Assembly (NCBI GenBank): GCA_965214495.1
Contig: OZ243958.1
Span: 157,819-221,818 of the forward strand
DNA from: Alphaproteobacteria bacterium
GTDB lineage: Bacteria > Pseudomonadota > Alphaproteobacteria > UBA7887
Direction: 5' to 3'
DNA length: 64,000 bases
Position 1 is the first letter of the stretch. Each line of letters opens with the position of its first letter. The notes under the pieces were generated by a model. It was given only the letters and a program-made list of their open reading frames with translations, did not search any database and was not told the DNA's origin. The position numbers and the translations under genes were made by a program. This document shows, in pieces, positions 8,599-18,031 of this stretch.

Positions 8599-9756
8599 AT
8601 GAGGAACCGGAAGACAGTCCGCGCCGGTATCGTCGGTTCGGGATTTGCGGCGAAACTGCACATCGACGCGATGGCGCGCGTGCACGGCGTGTTGGTCGAA
8701 ACCGTCGGCGTGTATTCCCCGACCCGCGCCAACGCCGAGCGGTTCGCCGCTGCGCACGACATCCCGGTGGCGGACGATCTCGACACGCTGATCGCCGGGT
8801 CGGACGTGGTGCATGTCTGTGCGCCCCCCGCCGCCCACGAACCCGTCGCGGTGGCGGCGCTCGCGGCAGGCCGGCACGCGATCGTCGAAAAGCCGCTGAC
8901 CGGCGCGTTCGACCCGAGCGACGCCGAAGCCATGCACGATGCGGCGCTCGCCAGCGTCGCGCGGATGCGCGCCGCCGAGGCCGCGAGCGCCGGGCGCATC
9001 CTCTATGCCGAGAACTGGGTCTATGCCCCGGCGATCCGCAAGGAGCGCGAGATCGTCGAGAAGACCGGTGCCCAGATACTGTGGATGCACGGCGAGGAAG
9101 CCCATTCGGGCTCGCACTCGCCCGCCTACGGCGTGTGGCGGCTGGCGGGCGGCGGCTCGTTGATCGGCAAGGCGTGTCACCCGCTCACGGCGGCTCTCTA
9201 CCTCAAGCGGGTCGAGGGCCGGGCACGCGACGGAGTCCCCATCCGCCCGGCCGCGGTCAGCGCGCGCACCCACGAGATCACACGGCTCGCCGCCTATCGC
9301 GACTCCGGCCACTTGCGCACCGACTACGACGACGTCGAGGATTTCGCCGCGCTGCACGTCGTGTTCGCCGACGGCACGATCGCCGACATCTTCGCCTCCG
9401 AGATCGTCATGGGCGGCATTCACAATTGGCTCGAAGTCTGCGCCAACAACCATCGCACGGCCTGCAACATCAACCCGAACACCGCCATGCAGACCTACAA
9501 TCCCGTCGATTCGGCTTTCGGCGACATCTACGTCGTCGAGAAGATCGGCACGAAGCAGGGCTGGGTGCCCACCGCGCCGGACGAGGACCACTTCACCGGA
9601 TTCCCGCAGGAGATCGAGGCGTTCTATCGCACCGTCGCGTATGGCGACCCGGTGGAGAGCGATTCGGCGCTCGCCGCCGATTGCATCGCCACCATCTATG
9701 CCGGCTACCTGTCGGCGGCGCGGGCGGGCACCGAGGTGGCGGTCGCGGCGCTGTAG
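8599..9756 (+). CDS. Gfo/Idh/MocA family NAD(P)-dependent oxidoreductase
   Basis: N-terminal Rossmann motif VRAGIVGSGFAAKLH, followed by ...HAIVEKPLTG. GGAGAAAGGA lies upstream of the ATG. 385 aa. Confidence 0.75.
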   Translation: MRNRKTVRAGIVGSGFAAKLHIDAMARVHGVLVETVGVYSPTRANAERFAAAHDIPVADDLDTLIAGSDVVHVCAPPAAHEPVAVAALAAGRHAIVEKPLTGAFDPSDAEAMHDAALASVARMRAAEAASAGRILYAENWVYAPAIRKEREIVEKTGAQILWMHGEEAHSGSHSPAYGVWRLAGGGSLIGKACHPLTAALYLKRVEGRARDGVPIRPAAVSARTHEITRLAAYRDSGHLRTDYDDVEDFAALHVVFADGTIADIFASEIVMGGIHNWLEVCANNHRTACNINPNTAMQTYNPVDSAFGDIYVVEKIGTKQGWVPTAPDEDHFTGFPQEIEAFYRTVAYGDPVESDSALAADCIATIYAGYLSAARAGTEVAVAAL

Positions 9757-9792
9757 CGGTAGGATCGCCGGCAACACGGCGGAGGACGAGCG

Positions 9793-10758
9793 ATGCGGCG
9801 GTTTCCCGACTATCGACCCGCGGGCGTCATCCCGGCGACCCTGATAGCGTTCCGCGACGACTACTCGATCGACGAAAGCGCCACGCGGGCGCATCTGCGC
9901 GACGTGGCGGCGACGCGCGGCATTTCGGCGATCACGGTCAATGGCCACGCGTCGGAAGTCCATGCCTGCGCGTTCAGCGAACAGCAGGCCGCGCTGGCGT
10001 TCTCGCTCGCGGAGATCGGCGACCGGATTCCATTGATCTCGGGCGTCTATGCAGACGGCAGCCACCAGGCGGCGCGGCTCGCCCGAATGGCCGAGGCCGA
10101 AGGCGCGTCGGCGCTGCTCGTTTTCCCGCCCCAGAGCATGGCGATGGGTGGACGGTTGCGCCCGGAAATGGCGCACGCGCACTTCCGGACCATCGCCGAC
10201 GCCACCGACCTGCCTCTGATCGTATTCCAGTATCCGGCCGCCGGCGGCTTGGGCTATCCGTTCGCAACCCTGCTCTCGCTGTTCGACTCGATACCGACGA
10301 TCGCCGCAATGAAGGACTGGTCGAACGATCCGGCCGCGCACGAACGCCATACCCGCGTCTTGCAGAGCCTGCCGCGACCGGTGACCCTGCTCACCACCCA
10401 CTCGGCGTGGTTGATGGCCTCCCTGGTCATGGGCGCCGGGGGCGTGCTCTCGGGCGCCGGCAGCGTGATCGCGCCGTTGCAGGTCGCACTGTTCGAGGCG
10501 GTGGGCGCGAAGGACCTCGCGCGCGCCCAGGCGATCAACGACCGCATCTATCCGCTGGCGCGGGCGTTCTACGCCGAACCCTTCCTCGACATGCACAACC
10601 GCATGAAGGAATGCCTCGTATTGCTGGGCAAGCTCGACCGCGCGGTGGTCCGCCCGCCGCTGGTCAAGCTGCCGCCCGCGGAGATCGCCGGCCTGCGCGT
10701 CGCGCTGATCGATGCGGGACTGCTCCCCGGCGCGCCGGTCGCGCAAGCCGCCGAGTAG
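9793..10758 (+). CDS. Dihydrodipicolinate synthase/N-acetylneuraminate lyase family protein (DapA-like aldolase)
   Basis: GVIPATLIAF..D.SIDE...AHL..V....GISAITVNGHASE and LISGVYADGSHQAARLARMAEAEGASALLVFPP fit the DapA-family TIM-barrel pattern. A GGAGGA RBS is present. Confidence 0.7.
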   Translation: MRRFPDYRPAGVIPATLIAFRDDYSIDESATRAHLRDVAATRGISAITVNGHASEVHACAFSEQQAALAFSLAEIGDRIPLISGVYADGSHQAARLARMAEAEGASALLVFPPQSMAMGGRLRPEMAHAHFRTIADATDLPLIVFQYPAAGGLGYPFATLLSLFDSIPTIAAMKDWSNDPAAHERHTRVLQSLPRPVTLLTTHSAWLMASLVMGAGGVLSGAGSVIAPLQVALFEAVGAKDLARAQAINDRIYPLARAFYAEPFLDMHNRMKECLVLLGKLDRAVVRPPLVKLPPAEIAGLRVALIDAGLLPGAPVAQAAE

Positions 10759-10811
10759 CGCCGCCGCGGCCTTCTCCTCGATACCCGGAGACGAACCGAA
10801 TCGCCTGGCCC

Positions 10812-11084
10812 TTACGCCGCGACTTCCTCCGGCGTTCGGGTCACCAGCGACAGGGCGTGCAGGCCGTCGGCGAACTCCTCGGCCAGCAACGCGTTGACGC
10901 GGCGTTGCCGCTCGACCCGCGAGAGGCCCTTGAAGGCGCGTGAGACGATCGTAACCCGGAAATGACTGTCGCCGCCCGGCCGCGCGCCTGCGTGTCCTGC
11001 GTGCAGGTGGGACTCGTCGACGATTTCCAGATGCTCCGGTGCCAGGCCGGCTGAGATCTTGTCCCTGATGCGCGCGCCGATCAT
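10812..11084 (-). CDS. bolA: BolA family protein
   Basis: 90 aa: MIGARIRDKISAGLAPEHLEIVDESHLHAGHAG...FRVTIVSRAFKGLSRVERQRRVNALL. This is the classic BolA signature. Its ATG overlaps the proC stop (TCAT on the plus strand at 11081-11084). Confidence 0.85.
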   Translation of the reverse strand: MIGARIRDKISAGLAPEHLEIVDESHLHAGHAGARPGGDSHFRVTIVSRAFKGLSRVERQRRVNALLAEEFADGLHALSLVTRTPEEVAA

Positions 11085-11908
11085 CGCGCCGATGCCGCCA
11101 GTTCGCGGCTGCGCCGGGTCGCGGCGCGCACGGCGGCCGTTATCAACGGCGCCAGGCCGTTCTCCGCCATCAACACGTCGAGCGCGGCGGCGGTGGTACC
11201 GCCCGGACTGGTGACGTTGCGCCGCAAGGTGGCCGCGGGTTCGTCCGAAAGCGCGGCGAGCGCGCCCGAACCCGTCACCGTCGCGCGCGCCAGGCGGTCG
11301 GCGAGCGCGGCGTCCAACCCCCCGGCGGCACCCGCCGCGGCGAGGCATTCGATCAGCAGGAACACATAGGCCGGTCCACTGCCGGAAACCGCAGTCACCG
11401 CATCCATCAGCGCCTCGTCGTCGATCCATGCGACCTCGCCGACCGCTGCGAGCAACCGCGAGCAGAGATCGGTCATGTCCGCGCCGACTCGTGCGTTCGG
11501 ACAGGCCACGGTGATGCCACGCCCCACCGCCGCCGGCGTGTTCGGCATCGCGCGCACGATCGCCGCCTCCGGCCCCAGACCGGCGCTCAGCGCCTCCAGC
11601 GTCGTACCCGCCGCGATCGAGAGAAATACCGGCGGGCGAAACGATGCGGCCAGCGGCGCGTATGCGGGCAGCACCGCGCCGATCACCTGCGGTTTGACCG
11701 CGAACAGCACCAGCACCGGCGCCTCGGTCGCCGCTTCCGGTGCATCGACGACGCGAACGCCGCGGGTCGTGCGCAGCGCTTCGGCGGTCGCCGGCTCCGG
11801 TTCGACGACCGTCACCGCGGCCGCTTCCACCGCACCCTTGTCGAGCCAGCCGGCGAGCAGCGCGCCGCCCATCCGCCCGCCGCCGACCAGGAGTATGGTT
11901 TCGCTCAT
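11081..11908 (-). CDS. proC: Pyrroline-5-carboxylate reductase
   Basis: ILLVGGGRMGGALLAGW, FAVKPQ, VRAMPNTPAAVGRG and SGSGPAYVFLLIECL motifs are present. 275 aa. Confidence 0.9.
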   Translation of the reverse strand: MSETILLVGGGRMGGALLAGWLDKGAVEAAAVTVVEPEPATAEALRTTRGVRVVDAPEAATEAPVLVLFAVKPQVIGAVLPAYAPLAASFRPPVFLSIAAGTTLEALSAGLGPEAAIVRAMPNTPAAVGRGITVACPNARVGADMTDLCSRLLAAVGEVAWIDDEALMDAVTAVSGSGPAYVFLLIECLAAAGAAGGLDAALADRLARATVTGSGALAALSDEPAATLRRNVTSPGGTTAAALDVLMAENGLAPLITAAVRAATRRSRELAASAR

Positions 11909-12409
11909 TCAGGCCTGCCCCTTCGGTTCGATCACGGCCGCCGCGATGGCGCCCTCGGCGTTCTCTCCGCCCCACAGCACATACTGAAACGCCGGATAGT
12001 AACGGTCGCATTCGACGCGCGCAGTGTCGATGACGTCTTCCAGCACGTCGAGCGCGATCGGCGCATCGCCGCCGAGCAGCGTGTGGCGGAAGGTCGGCCA
12101 ACCCTCCCCGGACCAGAGTTCGAAATGGCCGATCCACAAGCGTTCGTTGATGCCGGCGAGCAGCGGGTAAATCGCGTCGCGTCGCGGCCGGGGCACCCTC
12201 ATGTCGAGTGCGCAAGTGACAAGCAGCGAGCGGGACTCCGGCCGCCACGCGAACCAGAACTGCAAATCGCACCACTGGCCGGCCAACTGCGCCGCGATCT
12301 CGGTTTCGCTCCGGCGGTCGTGGGCCCATTCATGCGCGGTAACGAGTTGCTCCAGCAGGTCGATGGGGTCGCACGACAGGTCTTGCGCGACCGGTGGAGT
12401 TCGGGCCAT
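11909..12409 (-). CDS. YbjN domain-containing protein
   Basis: DPIDLLEQLV..HEW..DR..E.EI......WCDLQFWFAW....SLLVTCALDMRVP and the position directly upstream of proC fit the alphaproteobacterial YbjN-type gene. The start is chosen at internal ATG 12409 (MARTPP...); the longer ORF begins at 12469. Confidence 0.6.
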   Translation of the reverse strand: MARTPPVAQDLSCDPIDLLEQLVTAHEWAHDRRSETEIAAQLAGQWCDLQFWFAWRPESRSLLVTCALDMRVPRPRRDAIYPLLAGINERLWIGHFELWSGEGWPTFRHTLLGGDAPIALDVLEDVIDTARVECDRYYPAFQYVLWGGENAEGAIAAAVIEPKGQA

Positions 12410-12533
12410 CGCGGCGCCCCTTGGATCGATTCCCCGATGTGGACCATGGATATGGTGGTTACTGTCCATAGACCCACAATATCCTGTAGGGTGCCAGACG
12501 CTGCCGGGATGCGCAAGCGTCGTCGGAACGCCG

Positions 12534-12818
12534 CTATCCGGGTTCGGTGCGCGGCCCGTCGGGGTCGGGCGCCGCCGCCGTCCCGGCCTCTAGCGCTTCG
12601 ATGCGCGCGCGCAGGGCCTCGTTTTCCTCGCGCGCCTTGACCGCCATCGCGCGGACTGCATCGAACTCGTCGCGTCGAACCACGTCCATCCGTTCAAGCA
12701 CGGTCTCGAGCTGTTCGCGCATGCGGGCCTTGAACTCCTCGCCCAGCGCGCCCGCCGTGGACCACGCGCCGCCCGCCACGCGCGCCAGATCGTCGAACAG
12801 CCGGTCTTCCTTCTGCAT
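12534..12818 (-). CDS. ubiK: UbiK/YqiC (BMFP) family accessory-factor protein
   Basis: 94-aa coiled-coil protein: RLFDDLARVAGGA.S.....EEFKARMREQLE..L.RMDVVRRDEFDAV..MA.KAREENE.L..RI..LE. Confidence 0.65.
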   Translation of the reverse strand: MQKEDRLFDDLARVAGGAWSTAGALGEEFKARMREQLETVLERMDVVRRDEFDAVRAMAVKAREENEALRARIEALEAGTAAAPDPDGPRTEPG

Positions 12819-12913
12819 CGCGCGTTCCTTGTTTCCGTCCTGACGGTCTTATAAACCCCCGCGATGGTCGCGGTCAGCCGTTATCCGTTGCCGGGCCCGC
12901 GGTATCGGTAGCG

Positions 12914-13729
12914 ATGCCGGCCTGGGCGCTCGTCTTTCCGAATATCGACCCGGTGGCGGTCGAAATCGGGCCGCTGGCGATTCGCTGGTATGCGCTCGCC
13001 TATATCGCCGGCCTGGCGATCGGCTGGCGCTATCTGCGCGTTCTGGCGTCCCGCGGTGTCGCGCCCTTCGACCGCCGGCAGATCGACGACCTGCTGTTCT
13101 GGGTCACCATCGGCGTCATCGTCGGTGGGCGCATCGGCTCCACACTGTTTTACGACCTCGACGGCTTTCTCGCCGATCCGCCGCGACTCTTCCGTATCTG
13201 GGAGGGCGGCATGTCGTTTCACGGCGGCCTGCTCGGCGTCGTCGCCGCGCTATGGTGGTTCGCGCGCAAGGAGAAGGCGCCGGTCCTGTCGGTCGCCGAC
13301 GTCGTGGCAGTGGCGGTACCGGTCGGGTTGTTCTTCGGGCGCATCGCGAATTTCGTCAACGGAGAGCTCTATGGCCGTGTCTCCGATCTTCCGTGGGCGA
13401 TGTCGTTTCCCGCCGGCGGACCGGAACCCCGCCACCCCAGCCAGCTTTACGAGGCAGTGCTCGAGGGTCTTGTATTGTTTGCGGTGCTCGCATGGCTGGC
13501 CCATGCGCGGCGCGGTTTCGCGCGGCGCGGTCTGCTGGCCGGCGTGTTTCTCGCCGGTTATGCGGTGTTGCGCACGGGTGTCGAGTTCTTTCGCGAACCC
13601 GACGCGCATATCGGCTTCCTGGCCGGCGGTGTCACCATGGGCCAGTTGCTGTCGATCCCCATGTTGTTCGCCGGCGCATGGTTGATCCGCCGCGCAGCGC
13701 GCCCGCCGAACGCCGCGGTCTCTTCGTGA
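12914..13729 (+). CDS. lgt: Prolipoprotein diacylglyceryl transferase
   Basis: IRWYALAYIAG, W.GGMSFHGGLLGV, FGRIANFVNGELYGR and HPSQLYEA motifs are present. 271 aa. Confidence 0.9.
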   Translation: MPAWALVFPNIDPVAVEIGPLAIRWYALAYIAGLAIGWRYLRVLASRGVAPFDRRQIDDLLFWVTIGVIVGGRIGSTLFYDLDGFLADPPRLFRIWEGGMSFHGGLLGVVAALWWFARKEKAPVLSVADVVAVAVPVGLFFGRIANFVNGELYGRVSDLPWAMSFPAGGPEPRHPSQLYEAVLEGLVLFAVLAWLAHARRGFARRGLLAGVFLAGYAVLRTGVEFFREPDAHIGFLAGGVTMGQLLSIPMLFAGAWLIRRAARPPNAAVSS

Positions 13730-14808
13730 ATGCGCTCCAGGCGCGGTTGCGGCGCGTCATCCGCCATTCGGGGCCGATTACGCTCGCGCACTACATGGCG
13801 CTGGCTCTCGGCGATCGGCGGCACGGCTATTACGCGGGCGCGGACGCGACCGACCCGCTCGGCCGCGCCGGCGATTTCGTCACCGCACCGGAGATCAGCC
13901 AGATGTTCGGCGAACTGATCGGCGCCTGGTGCGCCGACCTGTGGGACCGCCTCGGCAGACCGGACCCGGTGCGGCTGGTCGAACTCGGCCCCGGCCGCGG
14001 CACGCTGATGGCGGACCTGTTGCGCGCCGCTGCCGGAATACCGGCGTTCCGGCGGGCGATCGAACTCCATCTGGTCGAGATCAGTCCGGTATTGCGCCGC
14101 GCTCAGGAAGCAGCGGTCGGCGCCGCGCGCCCGCAGTGGCACGAGACGCTGGCCACCGTCCCGGACGGGCCGATGGTGCTGGTCGCGAACGAGCTGTTCG
14201 ACGCTCTGCCGGTCCATCAATTCGTCGCCACTGCGGCGGGGTGGCGCGAACGAATGGTCGGTCTCGCCGACGATGGCCGCGGGTTGGAACTGCGTTGTGC
14301 GCCGGGGCCGACTCCGGCGCTGCACGCGCTGAATGCGCTCGGCCCCGTGCCGCGGCCGGGCGCGGTCGCCGAAGTGAGCCTCGCCGCGCTCGCCCTCGCC
14401 GGCGATATCGCGCGCCGCGTCGCCGCCGGTCCGGGCGTCGCCCTGATCGTCGACTACGCCGGCGATGGCGGCGGCAGCCTGCAAGGCGCGCGGGGCCATC
14501 GCCGGCATCCGCCGCTGGAGATGGCCGGAGAAGCGGACGTCTCCGCGCGCGTCGATTTCGCCGCCCTGGCCCGGGTGGCGCGGGAGAACGGCGCGGTCGT
14601 TTACGGGCCGGTAGGGCAGAGCGCCTTTCTCGAGGCGCTCGGCATCCGCCAGCGTGCGGCCCGCCTCGAGCGATCGAATCCCGCCGCCGCTGAAGCGATC
14701 GACGCGGCGGTGATGCGCCTCACGGCACCGGACCGCATGGGCGTGCTGTTTCAGGCGCTCGCGCTGGGGGCGCCGGGCGGTCCGCCGCCCGCCGGGTTCG
14801 CCGCATGA
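13726..14808 (+). CDS. Class I SAM-dependent methyltransferase, MidA/NDUFAF7 (DUF185) family
   Basis: GPITLAHYMALAL....GYY......LGRAGDFVTAPEISQMFGELIG.W and LVELGPGRGTLMADLL are present. The GTG start at 13726 overlaps the lgt stop (GTGA). Confidence 0.7.
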   Translation: MNALQARLRRVIRHSGPITLAHYMALALGDRRHGYYAGADATDPLGRAGDFVTAPEISQMFGELIGAWCADLWDRLGRPDPVRLVELGPGRGTLMADLLRAAAGIPAFRRAIELHLVEISPVLRRAQEAAVGAARPQWHETLATVPDGPMVLVANELFDALPVHQFVATAAGWRERMVGLADDGRGLELRCAPGPTPALHALNALGPVPRPGAVAEVSLAALALAGDIARRVAAGPGVALIVDYAGDGGGSLQGARGHRRHPPLEMAGEADVSARVDFAALARVARENGAVVYGPVGQSAFLEALGIRQRAARLERSNPAAAEAIDAAVMRLTAPDRMGVLFQALALGAPGGPPPAGFAA

Positions 14809-15584
14809 ACCCGCCATGCCCGATCGAGGCGCGCGGCCTCGGCGGGGTGGACGGTGTGGCGCACGGATTCTTCACCCGCAGGGACGGAGTCTCGAGCGGT
14901 CTCTATGCCTCGCTCAACTGCGGACCCGGGTCCGCCGACGATGCCGGCGCCGTCGCCGCCAACCGCGCTGCCGCCGCGGCCGGCCTCGGACTCGGATCGG
15001 CGCCCTTGATCACCGGATATCAGGTTCACGGCGACGCGGTTCTGGTCATCGATGAGCCGCCCACCGGAGTGCCGCCGTGCGTCGATGGCCTTGTGACCGC
15101 GGCGCCCGGCATCGCTCTGGGCGTTCTCACGGCCGATTGCGCCCCGGTGCTGTTCGCCGACCCCGCCGCGCGCGTGGTTGCGGCGGCGCACGCAGGCTGG
15201 CGCGGCGCGCTTGCCGGCATCGTCGAGGCCACGGTCGCCGCGATGGCCGCCAACGGCGCCGCCCCGGAGCGCATCCGGGCGGCCATCGGCCCCTGCATCG
15301 CCCAGGCGTCATACGAGGTCGGCGGAGACTTGCGCGCGGCGGTCGTGGCGCGCGACCCGGCCGACGCCCGCTATTTCGTTACCGGCGCACGCAGCGGCCG
15401 CTGGCTGTTCGACCTTTCCGCCTACGTCGCCGGCCGGCTGCGGGCCACCGGGATCGCCGACGTCGAAGAGGTCGGGTTCGACAGCTACGCCGACGAGGCG
15501 CGTTTCTTCAGCTATCGTCGCGCCCGTCATCGCGGCGAATCCGACTATGGTCGCTGTCTGTCGGCGATCGCACTCGTCCGCTGA
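14805..15584 (+). CDS. pgeF: Peptidoglycan editing factor PgeF (YfiH/laccase-domain protein)
   Basis: HGFFTR.GG.S...Y.SLN, QVHG, LTADCAPVLF.D, AHAGWRG and IGPCI....YEVG motifs are present. An ATGA overlap links it to the upstream gene. Confidence 0.85.
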   Translation: MNPPCPIEARGLGGVDGVAHGFFTRRDGVSSGLYASLNCGPGSADDAGAVAANRAAAAAGLGLGSAPLITGYQVHGDAVLVIDEPPTGVPPCVDGLVTAAPGIALGVLTADCAPVLFADPAARVVAAAHAGWRGALAGIVEATVAAMAANGAAPERIRAAIGPCIAQASYEVGGDLRAAVVARDPADARYFVTGARSGRWLFDLSAYVAGRLRATGIADVEEVGFDSYADEARFFSYRRARHRGESDYGRCLSAIALVR

Positions 15585-15640
15585 ACCGTGCCCTATCTCA
15601 CCTGGATGCTGATCGCGTTCGTGGTGATCCTGCTCGCCTC

Positions 15641-16510
15641 GTGCTTCCTGTCGTAACGCGGCTGTTCCTCGGCGCGGCGCTGTTGCTGGCGGCGTGCCAG
15701 GCGCGCCCGCTTGTGTTCGCGCCACCGCAGGGATCCGACGAAGACCCGGCGCGTTTGATCGACCTGTCGGAGTTCGCCATGTCGGACAAGCTCGGCGTTT
15801 TCGTCGCCGGTGTCGAAGGCGCACCGGAGGCGCTCGATTCGGCGCTGCGCCCGGCCCTTGTGGACCGTTTGCTCGCCCTCGATGTGGCCGCGAGCGCTCA
15901 GTCGGCCAACCGCGCGAGCTATCTCCTCGAAGCCCGGACGCGTCGGGGGAGCAACGGTGTGCGCATCCTCTCCTGGCGGCTGATCGACGCCGACGACGTG
16001 GTTGCCGGTCTCATGGACCAGGCGATCCCGGGCGATCGGGCGGCGTGGCGGCGTGGCGACCCGGCACTTGTGGCGGCCCTTGTCGCCGATGCGGGGCCGC
16101 GCCTCGCCGCGCTGATCGACGACAGGGCGCCGCATCCCGCGCCGGAAACGCCCTTCAGCGTCGGATCGATCGCCGTCGGGCCGATCGCAGGAGCGCCGGG
16201 CGACGGCGGCGCGGCGCTCGCGGACGCCACCCGCGCCGCGCTGCTCGCTGCCGGGTTCGAACTCGCGCCCGCCGGCGCGCCGACGCCGCGATTGACCGGC
16301 GAGGTCGCCCTGAACCGGCGCGGTGCGAGCGACCGCGTGACCGTCTCTTGGCGTCTGCTGGCGTTTGACGGGAGCGAGATCGGCACGATCGAGCAGAACG
16401 GCGCGGTCCCCGCCGGCAGCCTCGAGGGCCGGTGGGGCACCCTGGCCGACACGATTGCCGAGGGCGCCGTGGACGGCATCGTCCGGCTGCTCTCCGGGAA
16501 CGGCGAATAG
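15641..16510 (+). CDS. Hypothetical lipoprotein
   Basis: The frame is open from 15077 as a shadow of pgeF. The GTG at 15641 gives (M)[18 protein letters not shown], a signal peptide plus lipobox. I recognise no family. The start is uncertain. Confidence 0.45.
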   Translation: MLPVVTRLFLGAALLLAACQARPLVFAPPQGSDEDPARLIDLSEFAMSDKLGVFVAGVEGAPEALDSALRPALVDRLLALDVAASAQSANRASYLLEARTRRGSNGVRILSWRLIDADDVVAGLMDQAIPGDRAAWRRGDPALVAALVADAGPRLAALIDDRAPHPAPETPFSVGSIAVGPIAGAPGDGGAALADATRAALLAAGFELAPAGAPTPRLTGEVALNRRGASDRVTVSWRLLAFDGSEIGTIEQNGAVPAGSLEGRWGTLADTIAEGAVDGIVRLLSGNGE

Positions 16511-16518
16511 CCGGCGAT

Positions 16519-16595
16519 TGGCGCACCCGACAGGATTCGAACCTGTGACCTCTGCCTTCGGAGGGCAGCGCTCTATCCGGCTGAGCTACGGGTGC
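16519..16595 (-). tRNA. tRNA-Arg (anticodon CCG)
   Basis: The reverse complement GCACCCGTAGCTCAGCCGGATAGAGCGCTGCCCTCCGAAGGCAGAGGTCACAGGTTCGAATCCTGTCGGGTGCGCCA folds as a cloverleaf. Acceptor GCACCCG/CGGGTGC, D stem GCTC/GAGC, anticodon stem CTGCC/GGCAG with loop CU-CCG-AA, T stem ACAGG/CCTGT. The CCA end is encoded. Confidence 0.95.
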
Positions 16596-16697
16596 ACGGC
16601 CCGGAATGTAGCCGCCGATGCCTCGGCCGGCAAACCGCCGTCCTCGCCGGTCGTGTCTTAACTTGAAATTGGTACACGCTGCGGGACGACCGGACTC

Positions 16698-16940
16698 CAG
16701 CGCGCCGCTGTCCCGCTGTCATCGTCAGCACGAATCCACACGGACCGCGACAATTCCTGTAGGGGCAACCCTTGTGGTTGCCCTCCCTTGTCGCGCTCCT
16801 GTTCGGGGGGTCGAGCGCCCACAGGGGGGGCGCCTATAGGTGGATCCATGCCGCTTGGCGCATCCGCCCCTTCGCGGCGGCCTGGAGGCGCCGCTGTCCC
16901 GCCGTCGTCACCAGCACGAACCCGAACGAACCGCAATAAT
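16698..16940. repeat. Third locus of the ~185-bp palindromic REP/MITE-like element (one unit plus a partial tail)
   Basis: CTGTAGGGGCAACCCTTGTGGTTGCCC ... GAGCGCCCACAGGGGGGGCGCCTATAGG is flanked on both sides by the tail segment GCCGCTGTCCCGC(T/C)GTC.TC..CAGCACGAA(T/C)CC. It is clearly homologous to 7521-7920. Confidence 0.8.
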
Positions 16941-17194
16941 TCTCAAACTGAGACACCATCTCCTCGCCAAGCGTGGTTCGGTTCCAAAAAAAAATGGCCC
17001 GATCAGCATTGCGTAGATGTACCTCATGTCCCGCTGTTTCGTTCGCATATCCGTGACCCATTCAGCGGAGGAAATGCGGGCGAAATCGCGCTGGCGTTGG
17101 GAAAATCGCTATGCTAGCAAGGGATTGTCCAGCGTCGCGTCCCGTCCGCGGGGTAGATCCCTACAGGGTTCGGCGGCGCAGCGAAGGCTGTGCG

Positions 17195-18016
17195 ATGGCT
17201 TCAGGGTTCACCATGGGTGCTGCGCGTTCGGCGGCCTGCGCGCTGACGGTGTGCGCGGCGCTGTTCGCGTCGGGATGCGCGACGCCGCCGGGCGAACACG
17301 GCGCCGCCACCCATGAAGCCGACCCCTGGGAGCCGCTCAACCGGCCCATATTCGAGATCAACCGGCAATTGGATAGATTCGTGCTTGAGCCGGCAGCCAT
17401 CGTCTATACCGCCGCGGTTCCGATTCTGTGGCGCGATGCGCTGCACGGGATTCTGGTTAATATGCGCTTGCCGGTAAGCATCGCCAATGCGCTGTTGCAG
17501 GCTGACCGCGATCGTTTCGCACGGGCGTTCGGGCGCTTTGCGATCAATACCACGTTCGGCGTGGGCGGTATCATCGACGTTGCGGGTAATGCGGGTCTCG
17601 AACATGTCGATGAGGATTTCGGCCAGACTCTCGCCGTATGGGGCATGGAATCCGGACCCTATCTGATGCTGCCTCTCTTCGGCCCGGCGACCGTCCGCGA
17701 CGGCGCCGGCCGTGTCGTCGACGTTCTCTTCGATCCGGTAAGCTATATGGTTGCCGGCTCCGCGGGCTCGCTCTCCGGTCCGCCCTTCATGGCGGTGAGC
17801 GCCGTTGACCGGCGCTCGCGCAGCCTCGAATCGTTCGCCGAAATCGAGCGCAACACGATCGATCTCTACGCCGCTGTCCGCAGCGCCTATCTGCAACGGC
17901 GACGGAAGCAGGTTTTCGACGGCGCCCCGCTCAGTGGAGAAGACCCGCTCCCCACCGCCTTGAAAGGCGAATATGATGGCCTGTTCCAGATCATGCTGGA
18001 AGACGATTTCGAATAG
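17195..18016 (+). CDS. mlaA: MlaA/VacJ family outer-membrane lipoprotein
   Basis: Lipobox ALFASGC is followed by DPWEPLNR.IF.....LD......P....Y....P......G..N...NL..P....N..LQ and DFGQTL..WG...GPYLMLP..GP.T.RD. Start could be ATG 17195 or 17213. Confidence 0.85.
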   Translation: MASGFTMGAARSAACALTVCAALFASGCATPPGEHGAATHEADPWEPLNRPIFEINRQLDRFVLEPAAIVYTAAVPILWRDALHGILVNMRLPVSIANALLQADRDRFARAFGRFAINTTFGVGGIIDVAGNAGLEHVDEDFGQTLAVWGMESGPYLMLPLFGPATVRDGAGRVVDVLFDPVSYMVAGSAGSLSGPPFMAVSAVDRRSRSLESFAEIERNTIDLYAAVRSAYLQRRRKQVFDGAPLSGEDPLPTALKGEYDGLFQIMLEDDFE

Positions 18017-18031
18017 GCCGGAAACCACGCC

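Noticed and set aside
8521-10943. Long ORFs 8521-10746 (minus, 741 aa) and 8562-10943 (plus, 793 aa) overlapping the oxidoreductase and DapA-like genes
   Set aside because: Both give Arg-rich nonsense translations. The other plus-strand frames give clean Gfo/Idh/MocA and DapA-family proteins with RBSs, so these are typical high-GC shadow ORFs.
15606-15656. 16-codon [19 protein letters not shown] with a perfect lipobox, just downstream of pgeF
   Set aside because: The mature lipopeptide would be only 4 residues, there is no convincing RBS, and it overlaps the start region of the larger lipoprotein ORF in another frame. This is insufficient evidence.
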